Source: Malacoraja senta
Taxonomy: Eukaryota
Direction of reading: 5' to 3'
NCBI GenBank assembly: GCA_038087875.1
Contig: CM075991.1
Location: 5,518,001-5,582,000, forward strand
DNA: 64,000 nt
The position numbers and the translations under genes are program-made. A model generated the notes under the pieces. The model saw only the letters and a list, made by a program, of their open reading frames with translations, searched no databases and had not been told where the DNA came from. This document shows, piece after piece, positions 23,491 to 37,362 of this stretch. Every line of letters starts with the position of its first letter. Position 1 is the first letter of the stretch.

Positions 23491-26424
23491 GGTGCCAACG
23501 TCTAAACTGGAATGTGGAGCTGTCAAGCACAATGATAGTGTTTTCCCCGCCTTACTCACCATGGTAATGGCACGATTAAGAAGGGTGTTTCCAAAGAGTT
23601 AATAAAACAAGGGAAGGATCTTATAAACGAAAAATTAACAAAATGTGTTCTGTCTGCTTTGAATTGAGGCTTTCCAGGGTTCATTGATTCTGAAGTACTG
23701 ATGATTATTATTTCCAACACCCCTCCTGTGCTGGAAGACGCTTCTCCCCAATTACTCTAGATGACCAACAAAAACTGAAATGTATGGATGTGTAAATATT
23801 GTAGTGTTGGTTCCATCAGAAGGTACTTTTGGATGCAAACACTTTTGCTGGATCTAATGAGTCAGACTATGGGATTTTCTCAGCATTGCAATCAAATACA
23901 TGGCAACTCACTCCTGGAAGCTACTGCTCTTTCGGCATTTTACCAACTCTGTTTAATTTTCGCACAGAGCTGTCTCTGGGAGCCCTTGGTGCAAAGTAGC
24001 TCTTCTGCTCTCAACCTTTCAGGTTTGTGTCTCTGATCTGATGGCTTACGGCCTAGCGGCTGAAGGTCTGAAGCAGCCATAGAGCTCCAGGTTACTTCCA
24101 CAACAGAAATGACAATGTGTGGTCAGTTTCCTATAAGAGCTGGAGCCCTGACATTATTTAGCACAAGACCAAGATGGGTGGTACTGGTTAGATAACTGGT
24201 TGCTGCAGAAAAATTAAGGCACAATACATTTAGATAGCGCCAGAGACACAGAGTCATACAGAGTGGAAATAGGCCTTTCGGCCCAACCTGCCCACACTGA
24301 CCAACATGTCCAATCTACACTAGTCCCATCGACCTGCATTTGGTCCATATCCCTCTAAAGTTATCTTATCCATGTATTGCCTAAATGTTTCATAAATGTT
24401 GCGATAGCACCTACCTCAACTACCTTTTCAGGCAGCTCATTCCAGACACCCACCACCCATTGTGTAAAAAAGTTACCCCCCATCTTTCCCTTCTCATCTG
24501 AAATCTATGTCCTCTGGTTTTCATGCAGTCAGTTGCATAGAGATGTGCACAGACTTGCTGAAAACCTTTGTCCAACGATACTGGGAGACAAAGAACAAGC
24601 ATTCCGAAGCATGTGAGTCAAGGACATTTTTTTAGGGCAAATAATTTCTTGGCTTATGTACCAATAGGTTTTAATGTGGAGATGATGGCAGAATATGGGG
24701 ATTTGGACTGTATATGCATCTGTACTCCTGCAGTTTTTCTAAATCAATTCAAATGTTTTACCAAGGTTAAAAATTGATATGATTTGTGGGTAACCATGGA
24801 AACAATGTATGTAGCCATTGCTACAGATTCTGAATGATTCTTTTGCCCAGACTCCGTCAATCAATTGAACTAAAATGTTCCAGCAATGGTAGCCAGGGGA
24901 ACCATTGTTGAGAAGGTTCACCAGCACTGTACAAATGTGGCCATTTTAGGTCTCACGGATGTCACATAGCATTCACGTCTAGCACTCTGCAAGTGCTAAC
25001 ACAGACCTTCACCCTACTGACTTGTCCTGTTCTCATTGGAAGATTGAGTCTTCCAATGCTTGTGCCTTTTATACATCAGTGAATTCATCTGCGGTCAACA
25101 GCCAGAGGGTTTGGTTTGTTTCTGGTTTACAAGTTTTCTTGCTAAAATTGAAGATCCTGGTTTGCACACATCATTGAGGCTGGCACGTCTCAAAGTCATG
25201 GTCCCATGCAGCTCCATGAACTCTCAGGTGCCAAAAATGTATAGTTTAAAGCACGTGCACATCTTCCGTTGTAAGTGCACCGCTCAACGTGTTAGGAAAG
25301 GAAGCAGGTGTTCTTTGAACATGCAAATAAGGGGTTGAGCATCTATTTGAAGTCCCCTGGTCCATGACTGATTTTCTCTGAGACAGCCAGTATCATTATG
25401 AGCTACACTCAGGGAAACCAGGCCCCACTGACATCAGAGTACATGATCTGAATGTGTAGTTGAGATAAGTGTTGCTTCTCATTAAATGAAATAATTAGCA
25501 GCACTCCTCTCATGATTTATGCCTAATTTGTCTTCCCCAAACTCTTCCACTCCTAACTGTCAATTTACTAATCCCATCATTCCCAAGGACCCCTGCCTCC
25601 CAGCCCAGTCTAACTAACACTTCCGATATGGGTGGCTAGATGTTCTGCTACACCGTGCTGACAGGTTCCTATTCCTCACTCCCTTCATTATTATGTGGCC
25701 TGGGGCCAATTTTGAGGAAGCTTTGGGCCTCATCGTTCAATTGCTGGTAAAATATTCTTCATATGGGGAAGTGCTCAAATTTCTATGTCTCTATTGTTGA
25801 TTCCGTGCTGTCCACCATTCATTCTAAGTCATGTATCATAGGCTCAACATGACTTCCAAAGACGTCAGCAATCACTTCTTACTGAACTTAATATTCTTAG
25901 TTATTACATGATAATTCAGTATCATTATCACTTACATTTCCAATCATACTTTTAAAGGTTTTTGGTGGCATGACTATTTAATGCACTTAACTGCAAATAT
26001 CAAAAGATTAAGGCCGTTAATTCAATCGCAGTACAATGACAATTGTTAAGTGCAATCTCATGCAAAATGATTTTGAGTCTTGGGTGATTTCTACTTTCCT
26101 GAAAGGTGTTGGAGGTGCACTCTATCAGACAAATAGAGAGTATTTCAGCACACAGCTGATGGGACTTGTATATGGTGCAAAGGCCTAGTGGAATAAAGTT
26201 TCTTTATATCTTCAGAAACACCCTTTCTTAATCATGTCCAATGTGCTTGACACCTGACCATCCCACCCCCCAGCCCCCCACCGAGCACCCCCCCCCCACC
26301 GACCACCCCCCACTGACCACCCCCGACCACCTGGCAACATCCCTGTCAGCTGCAGCAGTTGGGGCAGTCTGGTCCCAGTCTGGCAACAGTACAGGTCGAC
26401 CCGACTGCCGTGTAAACTCCCTAT

Positions 26425-26930
26425 AGGTGCAGTAGGCCCTTCGAGCCAGCACCGCCATTCAATGTGATCATGGCGGATCATCCACAATCTGTACCCCATT
26501 CCTGCCTTCTCCCCATATCCCTTGATTCCGCTAGCCCTAAGAGCTCTATCTAACTCTCTTTTGAATGCATCCAGTGAATCGGCCTCCACTGCCTTCTGAG
26601 GCAGAGAATTCCACGAATTCACAACCCTCTGAATGAAAATGTTTTTCCTCATCTCAGTTCTAAATGGCCTATCCCTTATTCTTAAACTGTGGCCCCCTGG
26701 TTCTGGACATCCCCGACATCGGGAACATGTTTCCTGCATCTAACGTGTTCAATCCCTTAATAATTTTATATGTTTCTATAAGATCCCCTCTCATCCTTCT
26801 AAATTCCAGTGAATACAAGCCCAGTCGCAGTCCTTTCTTTCAGCATATGACAGTCCCGCCATCCCGGGACTTAACTTTGTGAATCTACGCTGCACTCCCT
26901 CAATAGCAAGAATGTCCTTCCTCAAATTTC
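26425..26930 (-). mobile_element. CR1 LINE 3' end
   Basis: GHSLRIRDRPFRTEMRKNIFIQRVVNSWNSLPQKAVEADSLDAFKRELDRAL is a typical CR1 ORF2 C-terminus. Confidence 0.88.
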
Positions 26931-27899
26931 CTGTCATTATTTCTTCCCCCAAAAAATGCAAGGCAGATCTCTTCCCTCTCCTAGCATTGCTGCTTCATAC
27001 CTTGAACTGTACACATAATAAATTAAAAGGATGTTCATTTTTGAAATTCCCATATCGTGATTCTGCATGAAAATAAAACCCCTACAGAAATGGTGGATCA
27101 ATAAAAGTTAATGTTGCAATAGCTGCTTTTGAAACCATTTCAGCTGGGCACTGGGTACGATTAAAATATTCTTCCGGCAGATGTTTCTATGAAATAAAAC
27201 ACACTCGTGATGTTACTCGTTTCTCAGATGGAGAAACTAGATAGCAATTGGATTATTCCCAAAGGGCGATGAACTGCTGCAGACATCCCATATGGTTATT
27301 TACTATTGTTATTGGCTTTGTTACAGATATTATTTTCAATTTAATTTCAACTGAATTACTGTGCAACAGACCATGAGCTCTCAGCGAGATAAATGCAGAT
27401 GTCAAAATCAATGTGTGGTTTCTGGTCAGCAGATAAAGCAGTAACAATGCAACAATTTGTCGACAAAACAATCAAAGCAAAATTGCTTAATTTATATCGA
27501 TGTGATTTATAGCCAATTTGACTGTGGTTTAGACTCGACCAGATATTGGATTGTTTTTTCTGTAAATTTGGGTCAAGGCAGCTGTGGAATCAATGTTAAC
27601 ACTTGGAATATTAAAGAGAAGTCAGTAGAATTTACAGCACAGAACAGACAATTCAAACTACTCATTTTCACATAAGTCTCAGCACAGTTCAAATTATTAA
27701 AACATCACTTGAAGAGTGAAAAATGAAAATTGTAATTTGTGTTGGCAGATGTGCTAGTGGTTTGCAATTGTGTATTTGGGCGAGATATTCATCTTGCTCA
27801 CTATCATTACGGCCGGCTGTGCTCACCTCTGCACGTTTAGTTCCATTGCTTAATGCAGGCAACCAAACAATTTATCACATGTAACGTCTGTGTAAGTGA

Positions 27900-28400
27900 T
27901 GTTCATAAGTTCATAAGAGCAGAATTAGATATTTCGGCCCATCAAGTCTATGCCGCCATTCAATCATGGCTGATCTATCTCTCCCTCTCAAACTCATTCT
28001 CCTGCCTTCTCCCCATAACCCTGGACACCCTTACTAATCAAGAATCTGTCAATCTCCTCTTTAAAAGCTGTCTGTGTAAATGAATTTCACAGATTCATCA
28101 CCTTCTGACTAACGCAATTCCTCCTCATCTCCTTTCTATAAGTACGTCCTTTTATTCTGAGACTGACCCTATAGTCCTTAACTCTCCCACTAGTGGAAAC
28201 ATCCTCTCCACACCCACTCTAGGCAGGCTTTTCACTATTCGGTAAGTTTCCCCTTCTCCTCCTTCTAAACTCCAGCGAGTACAGGCCCAGTGTCATCAAA
28301 AGCTCATCATACGTTAAACCGATCATTCCCGGATCATTCTCGTAAAGCTTCTCTGGACCCTCTCCAACACCAGCACTCCCTTCCTCAGATATAGGGCCCA
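27900..28400 (-). mobile_element. CR1 LINE 3' fragment
   Basis: LTYDELLMTLGLYSLEFRR; 3' tail ttcataagttcataag on plus. Confidence 0.8.
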
Positions 28401-29719
28401 AGACATCCTTGAGTAGAGATGGTCAAAACACACAGCAGTTCTGAAGAAAATCCCACTTAACAGGTATGTCCTTTTTCCCCCCCACATACTGCTGAAGAAT
28501 ACTACTTTTATTCCTGATTCCCAGCAATTCTGAGATTTAATTTATTTTCATCCAACTTTTCAAATAGAAAGAAATCTACTCAACAATTATCAGTAAAAGG
28601 TTACAAATTCCATCTTAAAACAACTGCTTAAAATAATTATATTTTTATGTAGAATTTATGGAAAAAGCATGCCTGAAAGTTGTTAAATTGAAATTAGCGT
28701 CAGTCATACTGCTGGGAAATAGACCCTCAACACAACTCGTCCCTGCGATCTGACCATATAAATTAGTGCCATTTGCCTGCATTTGACCCACATCCCTTTA
28801 AGACTTTCCTATCCGTGTACCTGTTCAAATGTCTTTTAAATGCTGTTATTGTACCTGCCTCAACCACTTCCTCTGGCAGCTCATTCCATATCCCATCTTC
28901 TGTGTGAAATGTAAGAAAGAAAGGTAATCTATTGCAGTAAACTATTAAGCTGTTTTGTGTTTATTAAATTAAGAAAGGGCTGGATTTCATGGCTTTTGAT
29001 AGCTTATTGCAACAGTACTGCTGAGGGAGAACCAGAAGGAGAACCAGAACCTGAACATTGCAGCTGTTGAAATGGGCTAGATGTAGTGATCTCAAGGTGT
29101 CAGGGAGAACTGGACATTGGTGAAAGACAATGCCTGAGATTACTGTATGTTCTTTGTGCACAGTGGCCGCAGAAAGCCTCCACAACTGGAGACCAGATGC
29201 ATTGGGCAGGAAGCTCCCAGGGAAATCTCCACAAGGATATGAATATAATCCATGAATGCCTACCTATACCCACTATACCTGCTCCTGAGGGACTGAAAGT
29301 AAAATTGTGTTGAAGAAGGGTCCCGACTCAAAACGTTGTCTATCCATGTTCTCCAGAGATATTGTCTGACCCGAGTAACTTCAGCATTTCTTATCTTTAA
29401 TTTGAAATCTTCTCTCCCTCAGTATGAACATTGGGGAAACCTCTCAGATGTGGTAGTAAGAAAAGAACTGGGAGATGATGCAGAGAGCAGCATCAGTAAC
29501 CTGGAATGATCCTAAGGCTGGAATGCTGGGAACTGCTGTGACCTGACGTCCTGGGCAAAACAGTCTGAGGTTGAATATGAAGTTGTACATCATAGATCTC
29601 AAGAAGGACAAAGGGATGCTATATGAGAATTGGTCCTTCAAACAGCACGTGTTTCAGAGAAAATTAGGTTCATAAAACTTGGTTGTTCTGCGGGCAAATG
29701 CAACATGTCATTTTTAAGA

Positions 29720-30042
29720 AGTAGACACAAAATGCTGAGTGACCCAGCGGGTCAGGCAGCATCTCTAGAGAAAACGGAGAGGTGACATTTTGGGTTGGGA
29801 GTCTTCTTCAGACTGATTGTAGTGGGGGATGCGGGAACTGGAAGCGAAGGAAAAAAAAAACAGGACAAACCGGGGATGACAACAGATAATCTCAGGCAAG
29901 AAGGTAGACAAAAATGCTGGAGAAACTCACCGGGTGAGGCAGCATCTATGGAGCGTAGGAAATAGGCGACGTTTCGGGTCGAGACCCTTCTTCAGACGCG
30001 AAACGTTGCCTATTTTCTTCGCTCCATAGATGCTGCCTCACC
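29720..30042. mobile_element. Two adjacent Penelope terminal-repeat fragments
   Basis: Same repeat family; the minus strand at about 29968-29997 has an intact ctgaagaagggtctcgacccgaaacgtc. Confidence 0.75.
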
Positions 30043-31494
30043 AGAAGATTTTTTATATTTGGCTGCTAACTACATCATTTAATAATGTTGTAATCCGGCA
30101 TGAAGGTGCCTGGGAGAATGAATATTCCACCTAGAAATTAGGAGTGGAAAGCACGATATCCATAAGCTGTGCAAAATTGCCATTTTTGTGAAATCAATTT
30201 TCAAATAGAATGTCTTTTTTGGGGAGTTGTGAAATCAAATTGTTAGCCCTTGAAGGGTGCACAGTTGAGTGAGTATCACGCAGAAGTGTCCAATTTTACT
30301 AGTTACATTGTCTCAGATGTGATAAACATGATGGATGGCCCAGCTGGTCATTTTGTACCAGAACATATTCTCGAAACGAATAATGTGATCACCAAAATAC
30401 CCGAGAGCTCTAATATCTGATACTTCATTCATGAACCAGCCTTTTTGTTTACTTTCTAGCTCCCCCTGGTCATACGCTGATGACCAGTAGTATCAGTCTC
30501 ATGATGGAATTCTTTTCTATGTCGGTTTATTCTTCTGCAGTATCAATTTCCTGAATCTCGTCTAAAAAGCATTTCCAGAGGAAACAGTTTATGAAGTATG
30601 AAACGTAAGAATGTATAAATAGAAGCAGTAGGACGCCTTTTGACCCCTCCTGTCTGCTCCACCATTCAATAAGAACATGTCTGATTAAGTTACCTCAGCA
30701 ACATTTCCATGCATTAACCCCACATTTGAAAATTTACACTCGCACATCCCTGAACATTGGAACACCAAATCAGTGTTAGTTTGATCAAAGCAAGTGCAAA
30801 ATCTTGTTATATATTAATCACTTTTGAATAGACTCTGCTGGCGAAGGCATTTCTGCATTGATAAATGATCCAGATAGGTTTCATTTCATGTTGTCATGCA
30901 GAGTAATTTTTGTAGTGATCATTTACAGTTACTTTAACCAAACAACTTTTTAAAAAATCCTTGTTTTTCAGCCTCACAGGCATGGCTAAAGGTTATGAGG
31001 CCATTTGAGAGGGCATTTAATCACATCAATAGGCCTACAGTCACTTAATGGTAAGATCATGTTAGGTTAACGGATTTTCTTCCCTGAAGGATATTACGGA
31101 CTCAGATAGGTTTTTTATGACAACCCACTTGTTGTGTGCTCCTCATTACCAACGACTAACTTAAAAATAAAATTTCTGCCAACTGCCATGTTAGAATCTG
31201 AACTCAGATAAGAGGCTCTATAATCTAGGCCTACTGAACTGCTTGTCAGGGAACTTAAGCAATGCACCAGTATCGAAAACAAACTATTCTAATACAAAAA
31301 TTACAAATTGTTAAAGAACAAATACTGTAAATGGGTAAAGAATTTAAAGGCTGTTGACTTTCCCTCTGATGCTACTGTTCATATATCTGCTTTCCCCAAA
31401 TCCGGTGGTGACGTACTCAAGCACGGGCCTAGCAAGGGATTCTGTTCTTCTCACAGATTAAACCCAAAAGTAAAACAATTTTGTTGAAAAACAC

Positions 31495-31760
31495 ATCTCA
31501 GCGTGGAAACTGAGTCCACGCCGACTAACGATCACCCGAGCACTAGTTCTATGTTATCCTACACACTAACGGCAACTTACAGCAGCCAATTAACCTACAA
31601 GCCTGCATGTCTTTGGAGTGTAGGAGGAAATCGGAGTACCCGGAGAAAACCCACATGATCACAGGGAGAACATACAAACTCCGTACAGACAGCACCCCAA
31701 AGTCAAGATCGAACCCGGTCTCTGGCGCTGTACTCTACCGCTCTGCCACTGTGCCACCCA
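31495..31760 (-). mobile_element. tRNA-derived SINE (HE1/V-SINE-like)
   Basis: Reverse complement of the 16252-16563 family. Confidence 0.75.
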
Positions 31761-31951
31761 CTTGTTGTAAAGAGTTAAAATAATAAGACATCCCAACATC
31801 ACACAGATAAATGGTAATGATAAGCCTGTGTCTACGCTTGGAGGTAATCATTAATGATCTTCATGAGTCACACAAGCTTCTTCAAAAGTTGTGCTCAGGG
31901 AGGGGGTGGTGGTTGGAAAAATGGAGGAATACAAGATTCTTATCCATTAAT

Positions 31952-32384
31952 TTGGGCAGTGGGCAGGTGCTATAGACCTGCACGGGAAGGTAGACGCTCA
32001 AGCCCCCACAAGTCTCGGGCAGATGGGGCTCGTCAGCCTGGGAAGGCAGTCCATCCAGGAGAGGGAAAACTCTGATTTAAAACCTCCACTTCCTTGTGGC
32101 CATATCCAGTCATGGAAAAGGCTCCAGGAGTAAACCTCAAGAAAATCCGGAGTCGGAGCCCCTAAGGCAGTTCGTCGTTGTCTACAACCTTGCTCTGGCA
32201 GCTCCTGCGACGGCGCTGGTGCCAAACTGTAATGGCCCTGCTGTTCCATTGGATTGATCAGCGACGTGGAGGGGGGGGACATGCTGCATGGGCAACAGCC
32301 TGTCCTCCATGTGAAATCGCCCAGGCTTGCATCCGACCAGGATGCATCACCCATGGTCAGTCATGACCAAGAGGGGCCTACTAC
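31952..32384 (+). mobile_element. Short non-coding retroposon, probably RTE-derived
   Basis: 11-bp TSD tatccattaat at 31941-31951 and 32385-32395; (cta)n tail; ggcagtccatccaggagagggaaaactctgattt resembles RTE 5' UTRs. Confidence 0.65.
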
Positions 32385-33934
32385 TATCCATTAATCAAAT
32401 AAATGTGTTTATATTGCCTAACAGGGATTGTACACCAAAATACAGGACACATGGGAAAGAAAATGACCTTTTGTGAGAGTATAGTTATGGGGAAATTCAA
32501 GCTTTGTTTCCCATGATATTGAGAGTGTAGGATGGGGGAAAAGAAAGCCCTAATATCTCCACTTGTTCCCCTTAATTTTCATTTGTTTACACTCAAGAAA
32601 TCTTGGCTTGCTTGGATTCCTTTCGATCTTTAAGATCAGTGGGAACCTTACAGAAAATACCACCAGTCTGTTTAAACTTGCTGCTTTCAGAACTCCATCA
32701 CCCCACTATGGACCCCTAATTAACACAGAGTAAAATAGACAAAACTTCCAAGACAGTAAAATAAAGTAAAATTTTGGCCAGGAGTTCTATGGGTAATGTA
32801 TAAAGGTACAAGTGATTAATTACAGCACAGTATTCAACCCCACTAAATTCCTCTTTGTGTATTCAACCGTACGAGAAACAGCATATAGGTTATGATGACA
32901 GAATGAAAAAAAGAATGATGAGTCTTTAGTGCATACATGTTTAACTTGTGATGCTATCGCAGTATGCAGATCAATCAGATATTCCATTCTGAAACTCCCT
33001 TCGAGCAACCACAAACGAGATGATTGTGTAGAAATTGGAGATATTTGCACCATTTGCCATTTGCCATCCATCAGGGAAGTGAACCTGGAACTTTTGGGCA
33101 CTATTTGTCTTTGTACATGTGATGGTATGTCTCTGCCTTACCAACAGAATTTGGAGCATAAGGTCATAAGTTCTAGGAGCAGAATTAGGCCATCCGGCTC
33201 GTCAAGTCTACTCTGCCATTCAATCATGGCTGACCTATCTTTCCCTCTCAACCGCATTCTCCTGCCTTCTCCCTTCTCCCCTCTCCCCATGACACCTGTA
33301 TACTGCAAGGAGCATAATCATACACCATTCAGATGCACTGGATCTCTGTGGTAATTAAGAGTCCTTAATGCATTATGGCATGGGTCCATTCATGATACAG
33401 GATTCAACCTACAAGGGAGATTGTTGGAAGGCTGGATGGTATGTGGGTACATTATCTTTCATCCCATCCCGCTACACTTTGTCCATCACCTCCCAAACAG
33501 CCTTTTATGCTGCTGTATCGAGACTGCCATGGACAGAGGTATTAAGTATTTGGTACAAAAATTAAAACTGGAATCTGACAATGCCTTTCACTCTCTTTAT
33601 TGTATCTTGATTCATTCCACGGTGCATGTTATCTTTCTCTTCGTACTGATCCTACTCTTTGTGTTGTTTTCTCACATTTAATGCTCGTTTTTTGGCTGAC
33701 TTTATTTGCTAATTTTCAGCAGCAGTCATTTGCTGTTAATGAAAACCTTGCTTAAATCACAAATAGCATAGCACAACTATATTTTGTATTAGCACCTACA
33801 GAAGTTTGGTATTAGTTAATGGCGATGGGCCTGCAAATAAATATTCAACTGAATCCAAAATGTTATGTGCAATGTTTGGAATGACAAGTGCTAATCCATG
33901 TGCACTATCAAGAGTCAAGAGAACCGAGTATTTA

Positions 33935-35200
33935 ATTGTCATAGGTTTTGGCAATGGAAAAATAAAATTATTACTTGCTGCAGCTTAACAGGCTTGTAAA
34001 TGCAGTAACACACAGGCAAATATACAATAATAAATAATACAATAAATTATTAACCATAATACTAGATAATTACAATAGTGCATAACTAAAATCCTTAGTG
34101 CAACCAGACAGAGTCCATAGAAGATCACAGCTGCTAAGGTTAGTGTTGTGTAATGTTCAAGAGACTAATGGATGGTGGGAAGATATTGTTGAACTTAGTG
34201 GTCATGTTTTCCGGCGTCTGTACCTTTCCCCCGATGGTAGTAGTGAAATGAGAGTATGCCCAAGGTGGTGTGGGTCTTTGATGATATTGGCTGCTTTTTA
34301 GTGCAAGTACTGATCCCTTTTGGGCTGTACTTGTGATGAACCAGATAAACGTCAACCACTCTCTGTAGTCTCTTTCGTTCCTGGGCTTTCGAGATGCCAA
34401 ACCAGGCCTTGAAGCAACGTATGCTCTTTACTGTATACCTGTAGATGTTTGATAACATATTCGTCAACATATCCAATCTCCTCAAACTTTGAGGGAAGTG
34501 AAGGCATTGTTAAGCTTTCTGTGTAATTGCATTGATGTGCTGAGCCCAGGACAGATCTTCAGAAATATGTACATCCAGAAACCTCTCCACCGCTATCCCA
34601 TCAGTTAATACAGGTTCGTGGATCCTCAGTTTTCCCCTACTCGTTAACAATCAGCTCCTTGGTCTTGCTAACGTTGGGAGTGAGATTGGTGTTCTGGCAC
34701 CATTCAATTAGATTTTCCACCTCCTTCCTGTACTCTGATTCATCCTTATTAATTATTCGTCCAGCAAAGCTGGTATCATCTGTGAATTTAAAGATGGCAT
34801 TGGAGTCAAGTCTAGCTACACAGTCATGGGTACTGAGTGAGGAGAGCAGACAACTGATCACGCAAACCTTAGGTTCAACTGTTCTTGATGATTATCAAGG
34901 TGGAAGTTTTGCCATCACATACTGATTGTGATTTGCCGCTGATTAAGTCGAGGATCCAATTACGTAGGGGTTGACCAGCGACCTAGTCCTCTAAGTTGGA
35001 TCATATAAGTGGAGAGGATGATGGAGTTGAACGCTGAGCTGTGGTAAATGAACAACAGCCTGACACATGTCTTCTTGTTGTCCAAGTGTACAATGCAGAG
35101 TGGAAAGCCAGCGAGATCACATAAATTGTTGATCTGTTGTGCCAGTAAGTGAATTGTAGTAGATCCAGATCTTTACTAAGGCAGGAGATAATATGCATCA
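33935..35200 (-). mobile_element. Decayed Rex1/Babar-type LINE
   Basis: THDCVARLDSNAIFKFTDDT...EYRKEVENLIEWCQ...NVSKTKELIV; many frameshifts. Confidence 0.85.
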
Positions 35201-35419
35201 TATGAATAGTTCAATCGTAGATCTGCTGAACCATCAGATTACTCAATGAACAGCTTGGTTTTGAGATTAACTCAGACTAATAAATTACCACACAGAGAAA
35301 CTGTACTCTTACGTAGTCTCAGGCCAGCTTCATAACCAAGTTTCATAGCCAAGCTCTAATTTTTAAATTATAGTCCTTTCTCACTGCAAATCCCTCCTCA
35401 GAATCTCCAACCTCATCTG

Positions 35420-35895
35420 TTCCAGGTTTCAACTCCTGTATATCGGCAAGACCAAGTGCAGGCTCGGCGATCGTTTCGCTAAACACCTCCACTCAGTCCG
35501 CCTTAAACCTACCTGATCTCCCGGTGGCTCAGCACTTTAACTCCCCCTCCCATTCCCAATCTGACCTTTCTGTCCTGGGCCTCCTCCATTGTCAGAGTGA
35601 GGCCCAGCGCAAATTGGAGAAACAGCACCTCATATTTTGCTTGGGTAGCTTACACCCCAGTGATATGAACATTGACTTCTCTAACTTCACATACCCTTGC
35701 TTTCCCTCTCTTTTCATCCCCTCCCACAAACCCAGTTTTCCCACCAGTCTTACTGTCTCTGACTACATTCTATCTCTGCCCCGTCCACTCCCCTGACATC
35801 AGTCTGAAGGGTCTCGACCCGAAACGTCATCCATTCCTTCTCTCCAGAGATGAGGCCTGTCCCGCTGAGTTACTCCAGCATTTTGTGTCTACCTC
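35420..35895 (+). mobile_element. Penelope-like element 3' part (GIY-YIG plus terminal repeat)
   Basis: LLYIGKTKCRLGDRFAKH...VAQHFNSPSHSQSDLSVLGLLHCQSEAQRKLEKQHLIFCLGSLHPSDMNIDF, then ctgaagggtctcgacccgaaacgtc. Confidence 0.85.
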
Positions 35896-37305
35896 TTCAG
35901 CTTGCAAACAAAATCAGCAAAACATTCCTCTTTGGCTTTATTGTTTGATTTTCAGCCAGGAGTCCACAATCGTAATTCCATTTAATAATTCCTTAGACAT
36001 CTTTATCTGCTTGAGGAGTATCACAGGAACATAAACTGCTTCAGTTAAATTTTATTCTCAACAATGCAAACACCATCAAAGAAATTGAGACATTTATTGT
36101 GATGGAAACCAGTCAACAAACTTTCTACGTGCATGAAACTAATTCTTCCATTTATTATAGTTTGTTTTTTTACAACCTACTTGCAATACTGACGATATTC
36201 CGATCTGATTAATGCATAGCTGTTGCTAGTTCATACCGTTGAATCAATTACAATACAGCTGGCGATGAAATTTCCTCAATTCAAAGCTCAATTCAAAGGC
36301 ATGAACTGAAACATTATTATCCTTCATTCAGGAAGGTTTATTACCATTACCTTGACTCATTTAGTGGGAGAAATGCTGTAAGATTTGCCTTTTTCTCGAA
36401 ATATCTTTAGACATTTAGCTCATCGCTGCTTTTTCAGAGCAATCAAATTTGTTTGGAAACTAGAGGCAAAGTAAGTTACTAACTAATTCAACATGGGTTG
36501 CACATATCCTTCAGTTCTCTGTTTGTTCCCCATATGATTGCTCCTGATTCCCAATCCAAAGTGCTTCACTTTGTATTATTGCGATAGCAGACTGAGAATC
36601 TTTCATCTTTCTTGGATGCTGCAAATACCCAGCATTAACTCATCACCAGACTAAGTGGGAAGCGTTGGGTCCATGTCACACAGGAGGCTTAGTCCCCCAA
36701 CACAATATTCCACCACTCACCCATGGCCCCCAACTGCACAGGCGCAGCTCATTTCCCCTCATCCCAAGCACTCTCTCCCCCTCCTCTTCACCCTCCCTCT
36801 TCATTCCCCTCTCCTCCTCCCCTCCCCAATCCCTCCCTCACCTCTCTCTCCCTCTCATTTCCCCTACCCTCAGTCACTCCCTCCCTTCCTCCCTCTATAA
36901 CCTCTCCCCTCCCTACTCCCCCCTCCTATCCCTCCTCACCTCCCCCACTGCCCTCCTCTCCCTCTATTCCATAATTGGCTCGCTCGAAGCTCATCCGCCC
37001 TTTGACAGGTCTTGTCTTTGGTCCTGCTGGGGTTCCACAGCCCCCTCCTCACCTGGCAAACCAGGTGGAGGAGACGGTTTAGTCGCCGACTATCCGACCA
37101 TGGAGCAGGTAGCACGGGATTACATGGCCTTGGTATTGATTTATTAATATTATGTATACTGAGATACAGAGAAAAGCTTTGTTTGCATGCAATCCAGTCA
37201 AATGATACCATACATTAATACTACCCCACCCGCACACATGTACTACAGATAGAACTAAGAGGAAAATACCAGAGTGTAAAATACAGTGTTACGTATTCAC
37301 ATTTA

Positions 37306-37362
<57 letters not shown>

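Noticed and set aside
24900..25330. Possible KDZ/HMGXB3-like transposase remnant (WLLTADEF)
   Set aside because: The match is only a few residues, with no supporting motifs.
36655..37147. Pro/Ser/Leu-rich ORFs
   Set aside because: Products of a polypyrimidine low-complexity tract.
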